Assembly: GCF_018350175.1 (NCBI RefSeq)
Contig: NC_058368.1
Span: forward strand, 124,002,001 to 124,066,000
Length of the DNA stretch: 64,000 nucleotides
From: Felis catus
Lineage: Eukaryota
Direction: 5' to 3'
Part shown: in pieces, positions 63,951 to 64,000 of the stretch
Numbering within the stretch: the first letter of the stretch is position 1
How the letters are laid out: each line of letters begins with the position of its first letter
The notes under the pieces: model-generated
Databases searched by the model: none
The model's input: only the letters and a program-made list of their open reading frames with translations
What the model was told of the DNA's origin: nothing
Program-made: the position numbers and the translations under genes

Positions 63951-64000
63951 TTATTTATTTACTTACCAAATATATTTTATCTTCTTTTTTAATATGAAAT

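Overview
Mammalian (felid, most likely cat-lineage) genomic DNA, judged from abundant tRNA-derived carnivore SINEC elements and felid-type LINE-1. The window holds the 3' 17 coding exons of the germline DEAD-box RNA helicase gene DDX4 (Vasa) on the + strand. These are exons 6-22 if numbered as in human. The CDS runs 945..50763 with all introns GT-AG and an intact frame through to the C-terminal ...DDESWD*. Downstream are the 3' UTR with two candidate poly(A) signals, a CpG-rich island at about 55.3-55.8 kb and repeat-rich intergenic DNA. No new protein-coding system is supported; nearly all short ORFs in the track derive from SINE, L1 or microsatellite sequence. The most unusual structures are retrotransposition products. 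(1) A 5.4 kb composite L1 sits 48 nt from a DDX4 donor: a second L1 is inserted into the first and joined at the exactly homologous position, and the 5' end carries a twin-priming inversion. (2) About 1 kb of apparently unique sequence is enclosed between a SINE head and a SINE-like tail inside one direct repeat. (3) A SINE is fused to an L1 3' end. (4) There is a four-level nested TE stack. DDX4 itself has [11 protein letters not shown] in place of the canonical DEADRMLDMGF and a 9-nt tandem acceptor in the last exon. Repeat family names come from recognition of consensus motifs and repeat boundaries are approximate.
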